From contig CAZMGK010000001.1 of assembly GCA_964565825.1 (NCBI GenBank), forward strand, positions 2,052 to 66,051: a stretch of DNA of 64,000 bases, given 5' to 3'. This DNA comes from an uncultured Candidatus Saccharibacteria bacterium. GTDB taxonomy: Bacteria; Patescibacteriota; Minisyncoccia; Phycocordibacterales; UBA9973. The notes beneath the pieces are model-generated. The model searched no databases and was not told where the DNA came from. It was given only the letters and a program-made list of their open reading frames with translations. The translations under genes and the position numbers were made by a program. Shown piece by piece: positions 31,937-43,751 of the stretch. The first letter of the stretch is position 1; every line of letters begins with the position of its first letter.

Positions 31937-32422
31937 CTATTTGTCAAGCAGTTTTTTCAAAAGAACAGATTGTTCATCAATCTTTTTCTCTAAAACTTCT
32001 TGCTTATCGCTCACCTCGTCTACTTCTTGATATAAATCATCTATCACCTGTTCTACTTGTTCGATTGCACCCTCTTCTTCTTTCACTTCGTCTGCTGTTT
32101 TATCAACCATCTTTTTTTCTTTTTTTAATCCAGAGAGCACGAGCATATCACCAACAAATGCAGACACAAACACACCGATCAAAAGGAGAAACAACGCACT
32201 GAGAACCAGAGACACTGGCCCAGAAAAAATAAACCCGAGTAACCCACCATGCGACTCTAGCCAGTCCCCTGTATGCCAGACCCCTCGCCAAAAAAGAACG
32301 ATTAAAATACCAGCAATAATTGCATACCAAATAGGGTATTTTGAAAGTCCTCCACGCACATGGTCTTCTAATTTATCAAAAAAGAGAACTATTTTTTTAT
32401 ATGCACTCATCATAAATTCCAT
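31937..32422 (-). CDS. Hypothetical membrane protein with C-terminal coiled coil
   Basis: Two TM segments (LFWRGVWH motif) and an acidic coiled-coil tail; ATG 6 nt after TGGTATACT. Confidence 0.75.
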   Translation of the reverse strand: MEFMMSAYKKIVLFFDKLEDHVRGGLSKYPIWYAIIAGILIVLFWRGVWHTGDWLESHGGLLGFIFSGPVSLVLSALFLLLIGVFVSAFVGDMLVLSGLKKEKKMVDKTADEVKEEEGAIEQVEQVIDDLYQEVDEVSDKQEVLEKKIDEQSVLLKKLLDK

Positions 32423-32441
32423 ACACGTAGTATACCACACA

Positions 32442-32514
32442 CCCGGAAGTAGATTTTGGTAAGGTGACACATACGAGTCACGCGCTATACGCATTACCAA
32501 AACTCACTTCCGGG
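32442..32514. repeat. Palindromic element CCCGGAAGT...ACTTCCGGG (family-A-like ends)
   Basis: cccggaagtagattttggtaa ... ttaccaaaactcacttccggg, near-perfect 21-bp inverted repeat. Confidence 0.6.
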
Positions 32515-32549
32515 AAATCAAAAATACCTTCTTTCAAAGGTATTTTTCA

Positions 32550-32985
32550 TGATGTCACACGATAAGCCGAATTCTGTCCCCCGCACTCACTATACAAATT
32601 TAGAAACTAATATAGTGAGTGCGGGAGGATACACATTTATCTGGGATAGATATTACTATCTACCTCAAGCGATTCTTCCTCGATATTTCTATCTCAGACG
32701 CGATCTTGCACACAAGTACGGATTTAGCCGTTTCATTCTCTCCTTACAAAGAGATTATTCCTTACAATTACTTGTCGGGAACCCTAGCCTTTCGGCATTG
32801 GCGTCACTGTTCGCACCGCGCACTTACATACGATGGGCGTTACCCACTACTCTTGAGGGAGGCCTTGCCTCCCTCAGTGTGTTCGGACTTTCCTCCCCCA
32901 CACCTATATTTTTATTGCTGATGAATCAGCGTTTTATAGAAACAATAAAAACATGGGTGTGGGGGCGTGTATCTGTGCAACACAA
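32550..32985 (-). ncRNA. rnpB: RNase P RNA
   Basis: Minus strand has GAGGAAAGTCCGAAC (5' P4) and ACAGAATTCGGCTTAT (3' P4); P2 GATACAC/GTGTATC; TGAAACGG and GCAAG conserved motifs; -10 TATAGT just upstream. End points are approximate. Confidence 0.93.
32895..32965. mobile_element. Family-B palindromic element forming helix P3 of RNase P RNA
   Basis: CCCCCACACCTATATTTTTATTG...CAATAAAAACATGGGTGTGGGGG; ends nearly identical to the element at 63915-63986. Confidence 0.7.
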
Positions 32986-33059
32986 CCACTATACTCTATT
33001 TGAGAAAATAAAAAAACCCGCATGCTAGATGCGGGTTTTGTACTTAGGATACACAGCAA

Positions 33060-33698
33060 TTAATCAGGGTTGCCACTTCCCTCTTGTTTGCTTTCTAGTG
33101 GTTCGGCAAACGCGACAATTTTTACTCCTTGTTCGAGGATAAAATAGCTTGGCACCGGCAGGTAATGAATGTGCGCGTGATTTTTCTCATCACGTCTTAC
33201 CCAAAAAGCAGACGGTGTGCCATAGATTTGATAAAGCACTAAGACCGCTTTTTTGTATGTTGCTTTTCCATCCGACACATCGATATCTTCGGCAAAAAAC
33301 TCATCAGTACTGAGAATATTTTTTACGAATTGGAGAGCTTCTCCTTGTGACATAAACGATCTTTCTGGGTACATTTTTTGTACTTCAAAAAAAATAGAAA
33401 ATAAATTCGCTTCTTTTTTAAGAAAAAAGAATTCCTGAACTGACTTGAGTCTATTCACCATAACACGGAAATAAACGAGCCACGGTACCTGATAAATTTC
33501 TTTATCGATTTTTGGTTTTTTGCGATCTCTCGATTGCTCTCTGTAGAAAATATCTTTGAAAAAATCGCTGACACTTTCAAAAGTCAATATAAAGGGTTGG
33601 GTAATCAAATGGATAATCATGGCAGGAAAGAGTTTTCTTTCCTCGAGTATGTCCGAGTAAATCGGAGAAAATTGGGTGTTTTCTGTTTGCGTTTTCAT
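33060..33698 (-). CDS. Hypothetical protein
   Basis: 212-aa ORF with a terminator-like hairpin (33013-33039) downstream; no motif recognised. Confidence 0.6.
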   Translation of the reverse strand: MKTQTENTQFSPIYSDILEERKLFPAMIIHLITQPFILTFESVSDFFKDIFYREQSRDRKKPKIDKEIYQVPWLVYFRVMVNRLKSVQEFFFLKKEANLFSIFFEVQKMYPERSFMSQGEALQFVKNILSTDEFFAEDIDVSDGKATYKKAVLVLYQIYGTPSAFWVRRDEKNHAHIHYLPVPSYFILEQGVKIVAFAEPLESKQEGSGNPD

Positions 33699-33867
33699 TT
33701 TTAAAGTTTTTTCTACTATAACCTATATAAAGATGTATGTCAAATTCCTCAGCTGAACAAGATGTTTTTGATACTACCAGTTTTTAAAATACTTGCCCCG
33801 ACATCTATGCGTATGTACCCATAAAAGGGTAATATAGCAGGACTTAAAGATACAGGTGGTAGGGCTT

Positions 33868-33901
33868 GACAAAATTTGTGTATTTGCTATAATACGAACA
33901 T
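33868..33901 (+). promoter_or_regulatory. Sigma70 promoter, leaderless transcript
   Basis: TTGACA-N16-(TGC)TATAAT ending 8 nt before ATG 33902. Confidence 0.75.
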
Positions 33902-34903
33902 ATGAAAAAGACATACTTCAAAAAACTTATTATCCTCGGAGCCTTTGTAGTTTTCTCTGTACTTGCAGGGAGTGCTTCAGCCTGTACTATCTACGATGAA
34001 GGCTGTAATCGATACGAGGACCATTTACCTCAAATATACGGAAATAATTACACAGGCCAAGGGCAAAACTATCCTGTATACCAAAATCCGCAAGGGGCGT
34101 ATTATGCTGTTTCGAACTACCAACAACCACAGTATATTCCGCAGGCACCTATCGTCATGAGTAACGATAGCTACACTGGTCAAAACTACGGAGGTACTTC
34201 ATCAACCACAAACACTGCAGGAAACACATCATCCCAAAACGAAAACTCGGATGAAAATCCAGGTCTCTTGAGTAGTATTTTTGGTAACAAATCTACTGCT
34301 GCCAAAAAAAACACCTTTTCAAATGGGTCTGAGACGATAGAAGCTGATCAAAATCTCCAAGCGCTCGTCAACAGTAAAGGACTCGCTATGGGAACAAATA
34401 ATGGACTCTGTGGGACAACACAGAAAGAAGACTACCTCATCTTGTACAAAAACATCACCGGAGTCACTGTGACAAATGTCGCTATTCGAATGAGTCTCCC
34501 AACGGGGATTACTCCAACAAATACGAGTGGTGGATCATACTCAGAAAGAGACAACACTGTTACCTTTTTTATTGGCGTACTTGCGCCAGACCAAACTGGA
34601 CAAATCCTTCTTCCTGTCAAAAAAACGGGAACCATAGAAGGAGTCGCTCGTAGCGAAATGGTCTACACACTCCCGAATCAAAATCAGAACATGGTTGTTG
34701 CGTACGCCTTTGGAAACGGTACCTGTGCACAGAGTGTCCTCGGCGCAAGTGCTATTGGAAGTGGAAACAATTTATTTGGAGGAACACTCCTCGGATGGAT
34801 ATTCCTAGCTCTTCTTGTTGGTGCATTTATTTACCTATTTAGATTTTTCTTACTCAGAAAACAAGCTCATCATGGAGGTGATGGACATGGTCACGGACAC
34901 TAA
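33902..34903 (+). CDS. Secreted/membrane-anchored protein with low-complexity region and DUF11-like Ig domain
   Basis: Signal peptide (AGSASA), Q/Y/N-rich region, Y.I.YKN..VTNV.I...LP.G...IGVLAP, C-terminal TM plus His-rich tail. Confidence 0.7.
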   Translation: MKKTYFKKLIILGAFVVFSVLAGSASACTIYDEGCNRYEDHLPQIYGNNYTGQGQNYPVYQNPQGAYYAVSNYQQPQYIPQAPIVMSNDSYTGQNYGGTSSTTNTAGNTSSQNENSDENPGLLSSIFGNKSTAAKKNTFSNGSETIEADQNLQALVNSKGLAMGTNNGLCGTTQKEDYLILYKNITGVTVTNVAIRMSLPTGITPTNTSGGSYSERDNTVTFFIGVLAPDQTGQILLPVKKTGTIEGVARSEMVYTLPNQNQNMVVAYAFGNGTCAQSVLGASAIGSGNNLFGGTLLGWIFLALLVGAFIYLFRFFLLRKQAHHGGDGHGHGH

Positions 34904-34952
34904 TTGATCTCTCTGAAAAAAGCGGGGCAAACCAAAGGTTTGCCCCGCTTTT

Positions 34953-37943
34953 TTACACACTCAGTATTTTCTGTATACGCGCACATGACTCACAAGGAGA
35001 TTGTGAACCATATGACTTTGCATTGCATGGACGTTCTGTCCATTTTCCAGAAAGAAGCAACTCTTGATAATCATGAATATCTTTCACAAGTAACTCTACG
35101 GTGTCTCGTTCTACGCGTGTCTGATAGAGCGCATGTTTAGCGTCTCCTTCTTCAAGAAAAAGAAGTCGCGATTCACTCACCCACGCACCTTCAACACCTT
35201 CTATTAAATACGAATACATCGCCAGCTGACGCATCAAACTCGACAGTCGGCCATCTTCTGTCATTTTTTCTACGACTCCTGCCGTCTTACTCTTTCCTGT
35301 TTTGAAATCAGTCACCACAATCGTTCCATCTGGGTATCTTTCTGTGAGGTCAATTTTTCCATGCATGATCAGATTTGGAAACCGTTTGTCTCTATACGAG
35401 ATATTTCTTTCAGAGACATGGTCAGTTGCGAGTGCCTGATAGTACGTATCTATCCAATACACAATCGCCGTGCGTGCCTCTACAAGTAATCGTGCAACAT
35501 CTTTTTTGTTGGTAATTCTTTCTTTTTCTAATTCATACACAATATGACTATCAATGGACGTGATCTGTGGACGTGTCTCTTGTTTCAAGATATATTCAAT
35601 CGTCCCATGAACGACAGACCCAAGCGCAAGTGATACACTTTTTGTTTCTGGAAGTTTTAAGAAATTTCTAAAATACCATTTCCATGGGCAATCAAAAAAG
35701 TTATTGAGCATCGACACAGAAATTTTTGTTTCGGTGAATCGTTCTCTCACAAAACGCTGTATATCGGGGATCAGTTTCTGGTCTACACACACGAGCGGTT
35801 TCAGTGCGTAATTTTTTGGATTTTCAGAAAGTATGTATGCTTCATTGTCCCCTGCACTCACTCTGTCAAAATGATCTACAGTGAGATCTGAAATACTGTG
35901 CACAAGTTCGAGCTCTCCCCCGTCGTCTTTGTGGAGAGAGTAGCTCAAAGTACAGAAACGTTTACTACGGGTAATAGCAACATAGAGTTCTCTTTTTGTG
36001 GACATTTCAGTACGGACACTTACTTTTTCTTTTATTTTCTCTGGTAAGGTAAATGCTGTCGTTTTTTCACTCATGAGTATTTCTTCATTGACATGAGCAA
36101 TCCACACATACTCATATTCAAGTCCTTTTGATTTATGAAACGTATTTATGGAAATACCCTCTTTTGCGCCAAGGTGTGCAATGGAAACTTGATTGCCATA
36201 CAATTTGAGACGTGTAAAATATTCAAGAAAATCTCTTAATTTCTTTGTCTGTTGTTTTTCCTCAAACAGAGTGGCGCTGTGGATATAGGTTCTGACAATT
36301 TCAATTGCCAACAATAAACGATCGTGAGTTTGAGCTTCTTCTATCAACAGTTCATTCCCAATGATACTCACGACATGTGTTAGTGGCTCGTGAGTTAGTG
36401 TTTCTATCCAGGTTTTTAGTTTCTTTCCAAATAATGCGATAGGATTTTCTTCACCAAAAAGCCCATCATGGTCTCCTGCGTGTGCAATCATATCGACAGT
36501 GAGCTCAGTCCCTTTTTTGAGATTTTTTAAAAACGTATGTGCTGTGATTGGTGGGATCAAACTTGTTTCATCGAGCATCAGTTCACACAAAAGCACATGG
36601 TCGGTTGGATCGACTATGCACTGAAGTACGCGCATCATACTCTCTGCTTGAGGCGTATTCAACAGTGATACATGTTGTTCGGACACAACAGGAAGCCCCA
36701 TGCTCCGAAACAAGGTTGTGGCATTTTTGACATGCTTGTTTTTAGGCAAGAGTAGTGCACACTGTTTTGGGTCTACACCACTTGCAATTACTTTTTTGAA
36801 GTAGAGACCCGCACCGATGAGTTCGTCACGAGTATACTCAAATTCAGACAAGGTGATTTTATCAAGCCCAAGAGTATTGCTGGAAAGCGATTCAGTTGCG
36901 AGGCTACTTTTTAAGATATCATCGGCTAAAGCTAAAATCGGTTTGGTCGAACGGTAATTTTCAGAGAGGACAATTTTTTTTGCATCCCCAAAACTTGTTT
37001 GAAAATCAGTAAAATAATCTATATTTGCCCCAGAAAATCCGTAAATAAGTTGCCGGTCATCACCGACAACAAAAATGTTTGGCTGTTCGACTGGGTTCTC
37101 TCTATCTGCCCAGACAGCTTTGAGAAAACTATTTTGAATATTATTTGAATCCTGATGTTCATCAACCAGTACGTACAGATAACTTTCTTGAACCAAAGAC
37201 CGTACGTCTTCGTAGTCAGAGACCAATGTGACGGCGTACTCCAATACGTCATTGTAGTCCATAAAATTATTTTCTTTCTTGAGTTTTTCATATTCTGTAT
37301 AAAAGGTGACAATCTCAGCCGTACGGTTAAGACTATCGATTCTTTTTTCTATCTCTTTTTTCAATTGGCCCTTGGTTGGTCCACGAGAAGAAATATTTTC
37401 TGGATCAGCTCGAAGTTCTGCTATTTCAGATTCAATTTCTAATTTGAAATCAATCGGCGTAATGAGCTCACGTTTCAAAAAAGAAATAAGATTGGTCAAA
37501 TCAGAAAAATATTTTGTCTTGTCGATCCTTGGTGTGAGGTATTCCCATGTGTGAGTCTCGAGTAATTCATCAATCAAAAAAACTGCTTCTCTTTCATCAA
37601 GAAGTTTTGGTGGGTGGGTAAAATCGAGTAGTTCATAATTTTTTTCTACAAGATCAATCGCAAAACTATGAAATGTCGTAATACGTACATCTCGCGCCGT
37701 ACTCCCAATATATTTTTCAAGTCGTTCCTGCATTGCTGAAACACCAGAGCGAGTAAACGTCAGACACAGTATTCCAGACGCCTCGGAGAGGTTTTCATTC
37801 AAAATATGCGCAATGCGAAGCGTCAGTACTTGAGTTTTTCCAGTACCAGGTCCGGCAATAACCATGACTGGACCTTCGGTCGATTCAACAGCTTGTTTTT
37901 GTTGTGTGTTGAGTTTTTGTAGTGCTTCTTCAAAATCTTTCAT
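34953..37943 (-). CDS. UvrD/REP-family ATP-dependent helicase fused to a PD-(D/E)XK nuclease (AdnA/AddA-like)
   Basis: AGPGTGKT, VDEHQD, VGDDRQ, NYRS, HKSKGLE, ELYVAITR; GKID..DFKTG, QLAMY; 4-Cys Fe-S pattern. Confidence 0.92.
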   Translation of the reverse strand: MKDFEEALQKLNTQQKQAVESTEGPVMVIAGPGTGKTQVLTLRIAHILNENLSEASGILCLTFTRSGVSAMQERLEKYIGSTARDVRITTFHSFAIDLVEKNYELLDFTHPPKLLDEREAVFLIDELLETHTWEYLTPRIDKTKYFSDLTNLISFLKRELITPIDFKLEIESEIAELRADPENISSRGPTKGQLKKEIEKRIDSLNRTAEIVTFYTEYEKLKKENNFMDYNDVLEYAVTLVSDYEDVRSLVQESYLYVLVDEHQDSNNIQNSFLKAVWADRENPVEQPNIFVVGDDRQLIYGFSGANIDYFTDFQTSFGDAKKIVLSENYRSTKPILALADDILKSSLATESLSSNTLGLDKITLSEFEYTRDELIGAGLYFKKVIASGVDPKQCALLLPKNKHVKNATTLFRSMGLPVVSEQHVSLLNTPQAESMMRVLQCIVDPTDHVLLCELMLDETSLIPPITAHTFLKNLKKGTELTVDMIAHAGDHDGLFGEENPIALFGKKLKTWIETLTHEPLTHVVSIIGNELLIEEAQTHDRLLLAIEIVRTYIHSATLFEEKQQTKKLRDFLEYFTRLKLYGNQVSIAHLGAKEGISINTFHKSKGLEYEYVWIAHVNEEILMSEKTTAFTLPEKIKEKVSVRTEMSTKRELYVAITRSKRFCTLSYSLHKDDGGELELVHSISDLTVDHFDRVSAGDNEAYILSENPKNYALKPLVCVDQKLIPDIQRFVRERFTETKISVSMLNNFFDCPWKWYFRNFLKLPETKSVSLALGSVVHGTIEYILKQETRPQITSIDSHIVYELEKERITNKKDVARLLVEARTAIVYWIDTYYQALATDHVSERNISYRDKRFPNLIMHGKIDLTERYPDGTIVVTDFKTGKSKTAGVVEKMTEDGRLSSLMRQLAMYSYLIEGVEGAWVSESRLLFLEEGDAKHALYQTRVERDTVELLVKDIHDYQELLLSGKWTERPCNAKSYGSQSPCESCARIQKILSV

Positions 37944-37950
37944 GTTTTTA

Positions 37951-40580
<2,630 letters not shown>

Positions 40581-40582
40581 AA

Positions 40583-41413
40583 TTAAAAATCAAAATATAA
40601 TACCGATTTTACAGTCGCCGTGTATTCTGGAGTACATCCTTGGAAACACACGCTAGACTCAACTTCAACTGCATACCGATACGGCACATCCGTCACATCC
40701 GTGAATGATAGAAATCGAAAATATTCTGATGGTGCTGTTGTTCCTGAATAGAGCGAAGCGTCAAACGCAATCAAACCGTTCTCATTATACAACATTGGGT
40801 CCGTAGCATACGCAGCATATCCGATGGTTCCAGAACCAGAAAAAGGGTTGAAATAATAATCGCACTGATTCCCTGATCCGCACGCTGTATCAATAAGAGC
40901 CAGAAAATCACTTGCACTATCACCGTCGGCGACTGCTTCTTTTTGAACAAATTTTACAAACTCAACTCCCTCTTCGGCGAGATACTGGGCTGTTAACTTT
41001 CTTTTAGTCAGATGAATATCTTGCATAGAGCTCGTACTGACCTGTGACAAGGCGGTAAACGCAATCAAGAAAATAAACAATGCAACGAGTGTTTCGATGA
41101 GGGTAAACCCCGACACCAATTTCAGGTGATTGTTCGCACAAGTAGGTGTATATTTATTCTGAGAAAAATTAAGAAAACCAAAAACGTGTTTCTTACTAAT
41201 TGGTGTGGGGGTAAACCCCGACACCAATTTCAGGTGATTGTTCGCACAAGTAGGTGTATATTTATTCTGAGAAAAATTAAGAAAACCAAAAACGTGTTTC
41301 TTACTAATTGGTGTGGGGGTAAACCCGCCTACAAATCTCACTTTATTTTTAGTTTCCACGTGCATGTTACTTTTTTGTATATTTTTTTGTAGAAAACGAA
41401 TAAATGTATTCAT
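40583..41413 (-). CDS. PilV-like minor pilin with a 102-aa leader containing two 36-aa in-frame inserts
   Basis: G|FTLIETLVAL, AQYLAEEGVE. Confidence 0.85.
   Translation of the reverse strand: MNTFIRFLQKNIQKSNMHVETKNKVRFVGGFTPTPISKKHVFGFLNFSQNKYTPTCANNHLKLVSGFTPTPISKKHVFGFLNFSQNKYTPTCANNHLKLVSGFTLIETLVALFIFLIAFTALSQVSTSSMQDIHLTKRKLTAQYLAEEGVEFVKFVQKEAVADGDSASDFLALIDTACGSGNQCDYYFNPFSGSGTIGYAAYATDPMLYNENGLIAFDASLYSGTTAPSEYFRFLSFTDVTDVPYRYAVEVESSVCFQGCTPEYTATVKSVLYFDF
41103..41323 (-). mobile_element. Two tandem identical family-B elements (103 bp + 5-bp TTTAC duplication) in the prepilin leader
   Basis: gtaaa at 41103, 41211 and 41319 (period 108); minus-strand ends CCCCACACCAAT ... ATTGGTGTCGGGG. 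Confidence 0.88.
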
Positions 41414-41414
41414 A

Positions 41415-42077
41415 TTAATCTTTTGGGGTTCTTTGCATTACTGCTGTTTGAATACTAAAAGGTATTGTGGTGTCCTCAAATGCAATAGTCCCAGCAAGGC
41501 GTATGGTGACCAAGGGTGGTTCTCGATCGGCTGACTCTGCATAGATAACAGAAAATCCTGAATTTGCTGGAATAATTGTTATGGGGCTTGGAGTTAAGCG
41601 ATTGTAATTAGCAACACTTAGAGTTGTAATATCAGGTCCAAGTGTTTTAAAGACTGACCATACACTTGTATCTGGATCTTCTGCAATCACATAGCCAACT
41701 TGGTCATCCGTGACCCCATCTTGACCCGCAACCCCCTCGAATGCCAGAGAAAGACTTGCCTGCACATCTGTCCCCGTAGTACCATCAACACAAGACTTTG
41801 GCTCTTCGATGATTGAGTTTGAATAATCACCACCTACATCACATCTAATATGTCTTCCGACACGGATATTCCTAACCATATCTTCCATAATAGCACTGAG
41901 TGTATCAAACTGTTCTTTTTGAAATTGAGTTATTTTGTATGCTCGATGCATCATCAACAGAGATGATATACCCAAAGATACAATGATCAAAAAAATAGAA
42001 CTTGAAACAAGGAGTTCTATTAAGGTAAACCCTTTTTGAGATTGTCTTTTTTTGTAATAAGAATATGGTGTCATCAT
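41415..42077 (-). CDS. Minor pilin/pseudopilin (PilW-like)
   Basis: G|FTLIELLVSS, EDMVRNIR. Confidence 0.85.
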   Translation of the reverse strand: MMTPYSYYKKRQSQKGFTLIELLVSSSIFLIIVSLGISSLLMMHRAYKITQFQKEQFDTLSAIMEDMVRNIRVGRHIRCDVGGDYSNSIIEEPKSCVDGTTGTDVQASLSLAFEGVAGQDGVTDDQVGYVIAEDPDTSVWSVFKTLGPDITTLSVANYNRLTPSPITIIPANSGFSVIYAESADREPPLVTIRLAGTIAFEDTTIPFSIQTAVMQRTPKD

Positions 42078-42131
42078 GTGAAGTATGTATATAGTATAGG
42101 GTACTTTTTCTCTTTTTACTAACAAAAGAGC

Positions 42132-42866
42132 CTACTGAGATTTCTTGATACTTAAAATACCGACCGGATTGATATTGATAGTATTTTTACCGGGTGAACC
42201 TGGTAAAATAAAAACAAGATCTACGTTACTGGTGACAGGTAAAATAGTATTTGGATTAATAGCATTTACAGACCATTCTGGATCATAGTCTTGGCGCATG
42301 CGTGCGTCCGGGTATGGACGCTTGAAAACAGTAGAGAAAGTTTCTAGATCAGCAGTGTTACATGAATCGTTCGATGGCTCATATCCTCCTTCACATATTT
42401 TATGGAGACGAATATCCTCAAAAAACATTTCTTGCATACATTCGTAGTAGTATGAATTACCACAATCAAGAACTATCCCCCCGGGGTTAATAGCAATCAG
42501 GTCATCATTAAAATTATCATAAAAAATACTCATTTTCTCAGGTGTATTTACATCGAAATATATTCCGTAGGCGGGTTTCCATGCTGGAAGTGGGTATTCT
42601 TTTAACCCTGGATCAATATCGGGTAATTTTCCCGCCAACGCATTGTGCTGTTGTTCTTTGATAAGAAGTGCGACCTCCTGGACTGCAACAGTAAAATCAG
42701 TATTGTTTTTAAATGCGTCAAAGTTAAAAAGCACAATACCAGCCATCATACTAAAAATAGATATCACCACAATCATTTCCATTACCGTAAAACCAGCTTG
42801 CTGTGTAGGTGCAATCACAACATGTTCTCGTGACTTTGACCTATTTTTTTTAAAAAATGCAAACAT
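42132..42866 (-). CDS. Minor pilin/pseudopilin (FimT/GspH-like)
   Basis: G|FTVMEMIVVISI, YGIYFD, VFKRPYPD. Confidence 0.82.
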   Translation of the reverse strand: MFAFFKKNRSKSREHVVIAPTQQAGFTVMEMIVVISIFSMMAGIVLFNFDAFKNNTDFTVAVQEVALLIKEQQHNALAGKLPDIDPGLKEYPLPAWKPAYGIYFDVNTPEKMSIFYDNFNDDLIAINPGGIVLDCGNSYYYECMQEMFFEDIRLHKICEGGYEPSNDSCNTADLETFSTVFKRPYPDARMRQDYDPEWSVNAINPNTILPVTSNVDLVFILPGSPGKNTININPVGILSIKKSQ

Positions 42867-42869
42867 ATA

Positions 42870-43679
42870 TTAAAAATGAGTTGTTAGTATTTGAGTAATA
42901 GTGATGGAGAACAGAAATACAAAAAATATCGCGGTACACATGAACGGTCCAAATGGAACATGGCTTTTAAGCGTCGTCTTTTTGCGCAACAGTAACATAC
43001 CAATACCCCAAAGACCACCGATCCAAAAAGACACGAGAACTGCTGCGAAACCACCCGTGATACCAAGCAACCACCCCATTCCAAGAGCAAGCTTTACATC
43101 ACCAAAACCCATCGCTTTTCCACCGGTGACCCACCACAAGAAAAAGAAAGGCAGTGCAATAAGTGGTCCAGCAAGTACTGACCACAAAGATGGGAGGTGG
43201 ATAGCATAGCTCATACCCGTAAATATGAAAAGAGAAAGAAAAGCCAAAATATTAAACAGCCAAACAAATGTGTCTGGAATAATATTGTGATGATAATCGT
43301 ACACAGAAATAACAATCAAGATACAAAAAATGTAGGTAAAAAATATAAGCGGGAAAAAAGACATCCAACTAAAAGAGTACATAAGGGTGGTATCTGGGAG
43401 AAATTTAATAAAGAGAGAAACAAATACAAAACCAGTGATTGCTTCAACAAGTGGATACTGCCACGAAATTTTTGAAGCACAGCCTTTGCACTTACCCCTC
43501 TGACTCAAGAAGCTCGCAATCGGTACGAGCTCGTGCCAAGAAAGTGTCCGACGGCAGGTAAAACAAAAAGAACGTCCGCCAAGACCACGCCCTGTATTGA
43601 ATCTATAAATGACCACATTCAAAAATGAACCGATGACTGTCCCGAGTAAAAAAACAAAAATTCCGTAGATTTCAAACAT
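42870..43679 (-). CDS. pilD: Prepilin peptidase/N-methyltransferase
   Basis: GSFLNVVIYR, RSFCFTC, GKCKGC, YPLVE, MGFGDVKL, PFGPF. Confidence 0.95.
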   Translation of the reverse strand: MFEIYGIFVFLLGTVIGSFLNVVIYRFNTGRGLGGRSFCFTCRRTLSWHELVPIASFLSQRGKCKGCASKISWQYPLVEAITGFVFVSLFIKFLPDTTLMYSFSWMSFFPLIFFTYIFCILIVISVYDYHHNIIPDTFVWLFNILAFLSLFIFTGMSYAIHLPSLWSVLAGPLIALPFFFLWWVTGGKAMGFGDVKLALGMGWLLGITGGFAAVLVSFWIGGLWGIGMLLLRKKTTLKSHVPFGPFMCTAIFFVFLFSITITQILTTHF

Positions 43680-43751
43680 GCTTTTAGTATACCTAGAAAT
43701 AGGTAAAGGGTAAAGGATTTGACTGTGTATACAAACACAGACACACTCTTT

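Noticed and set aside
32549-33028. 159-aa and 100-aa + strand ORFs
   Set aside because: Antisense to RNase P RNA.
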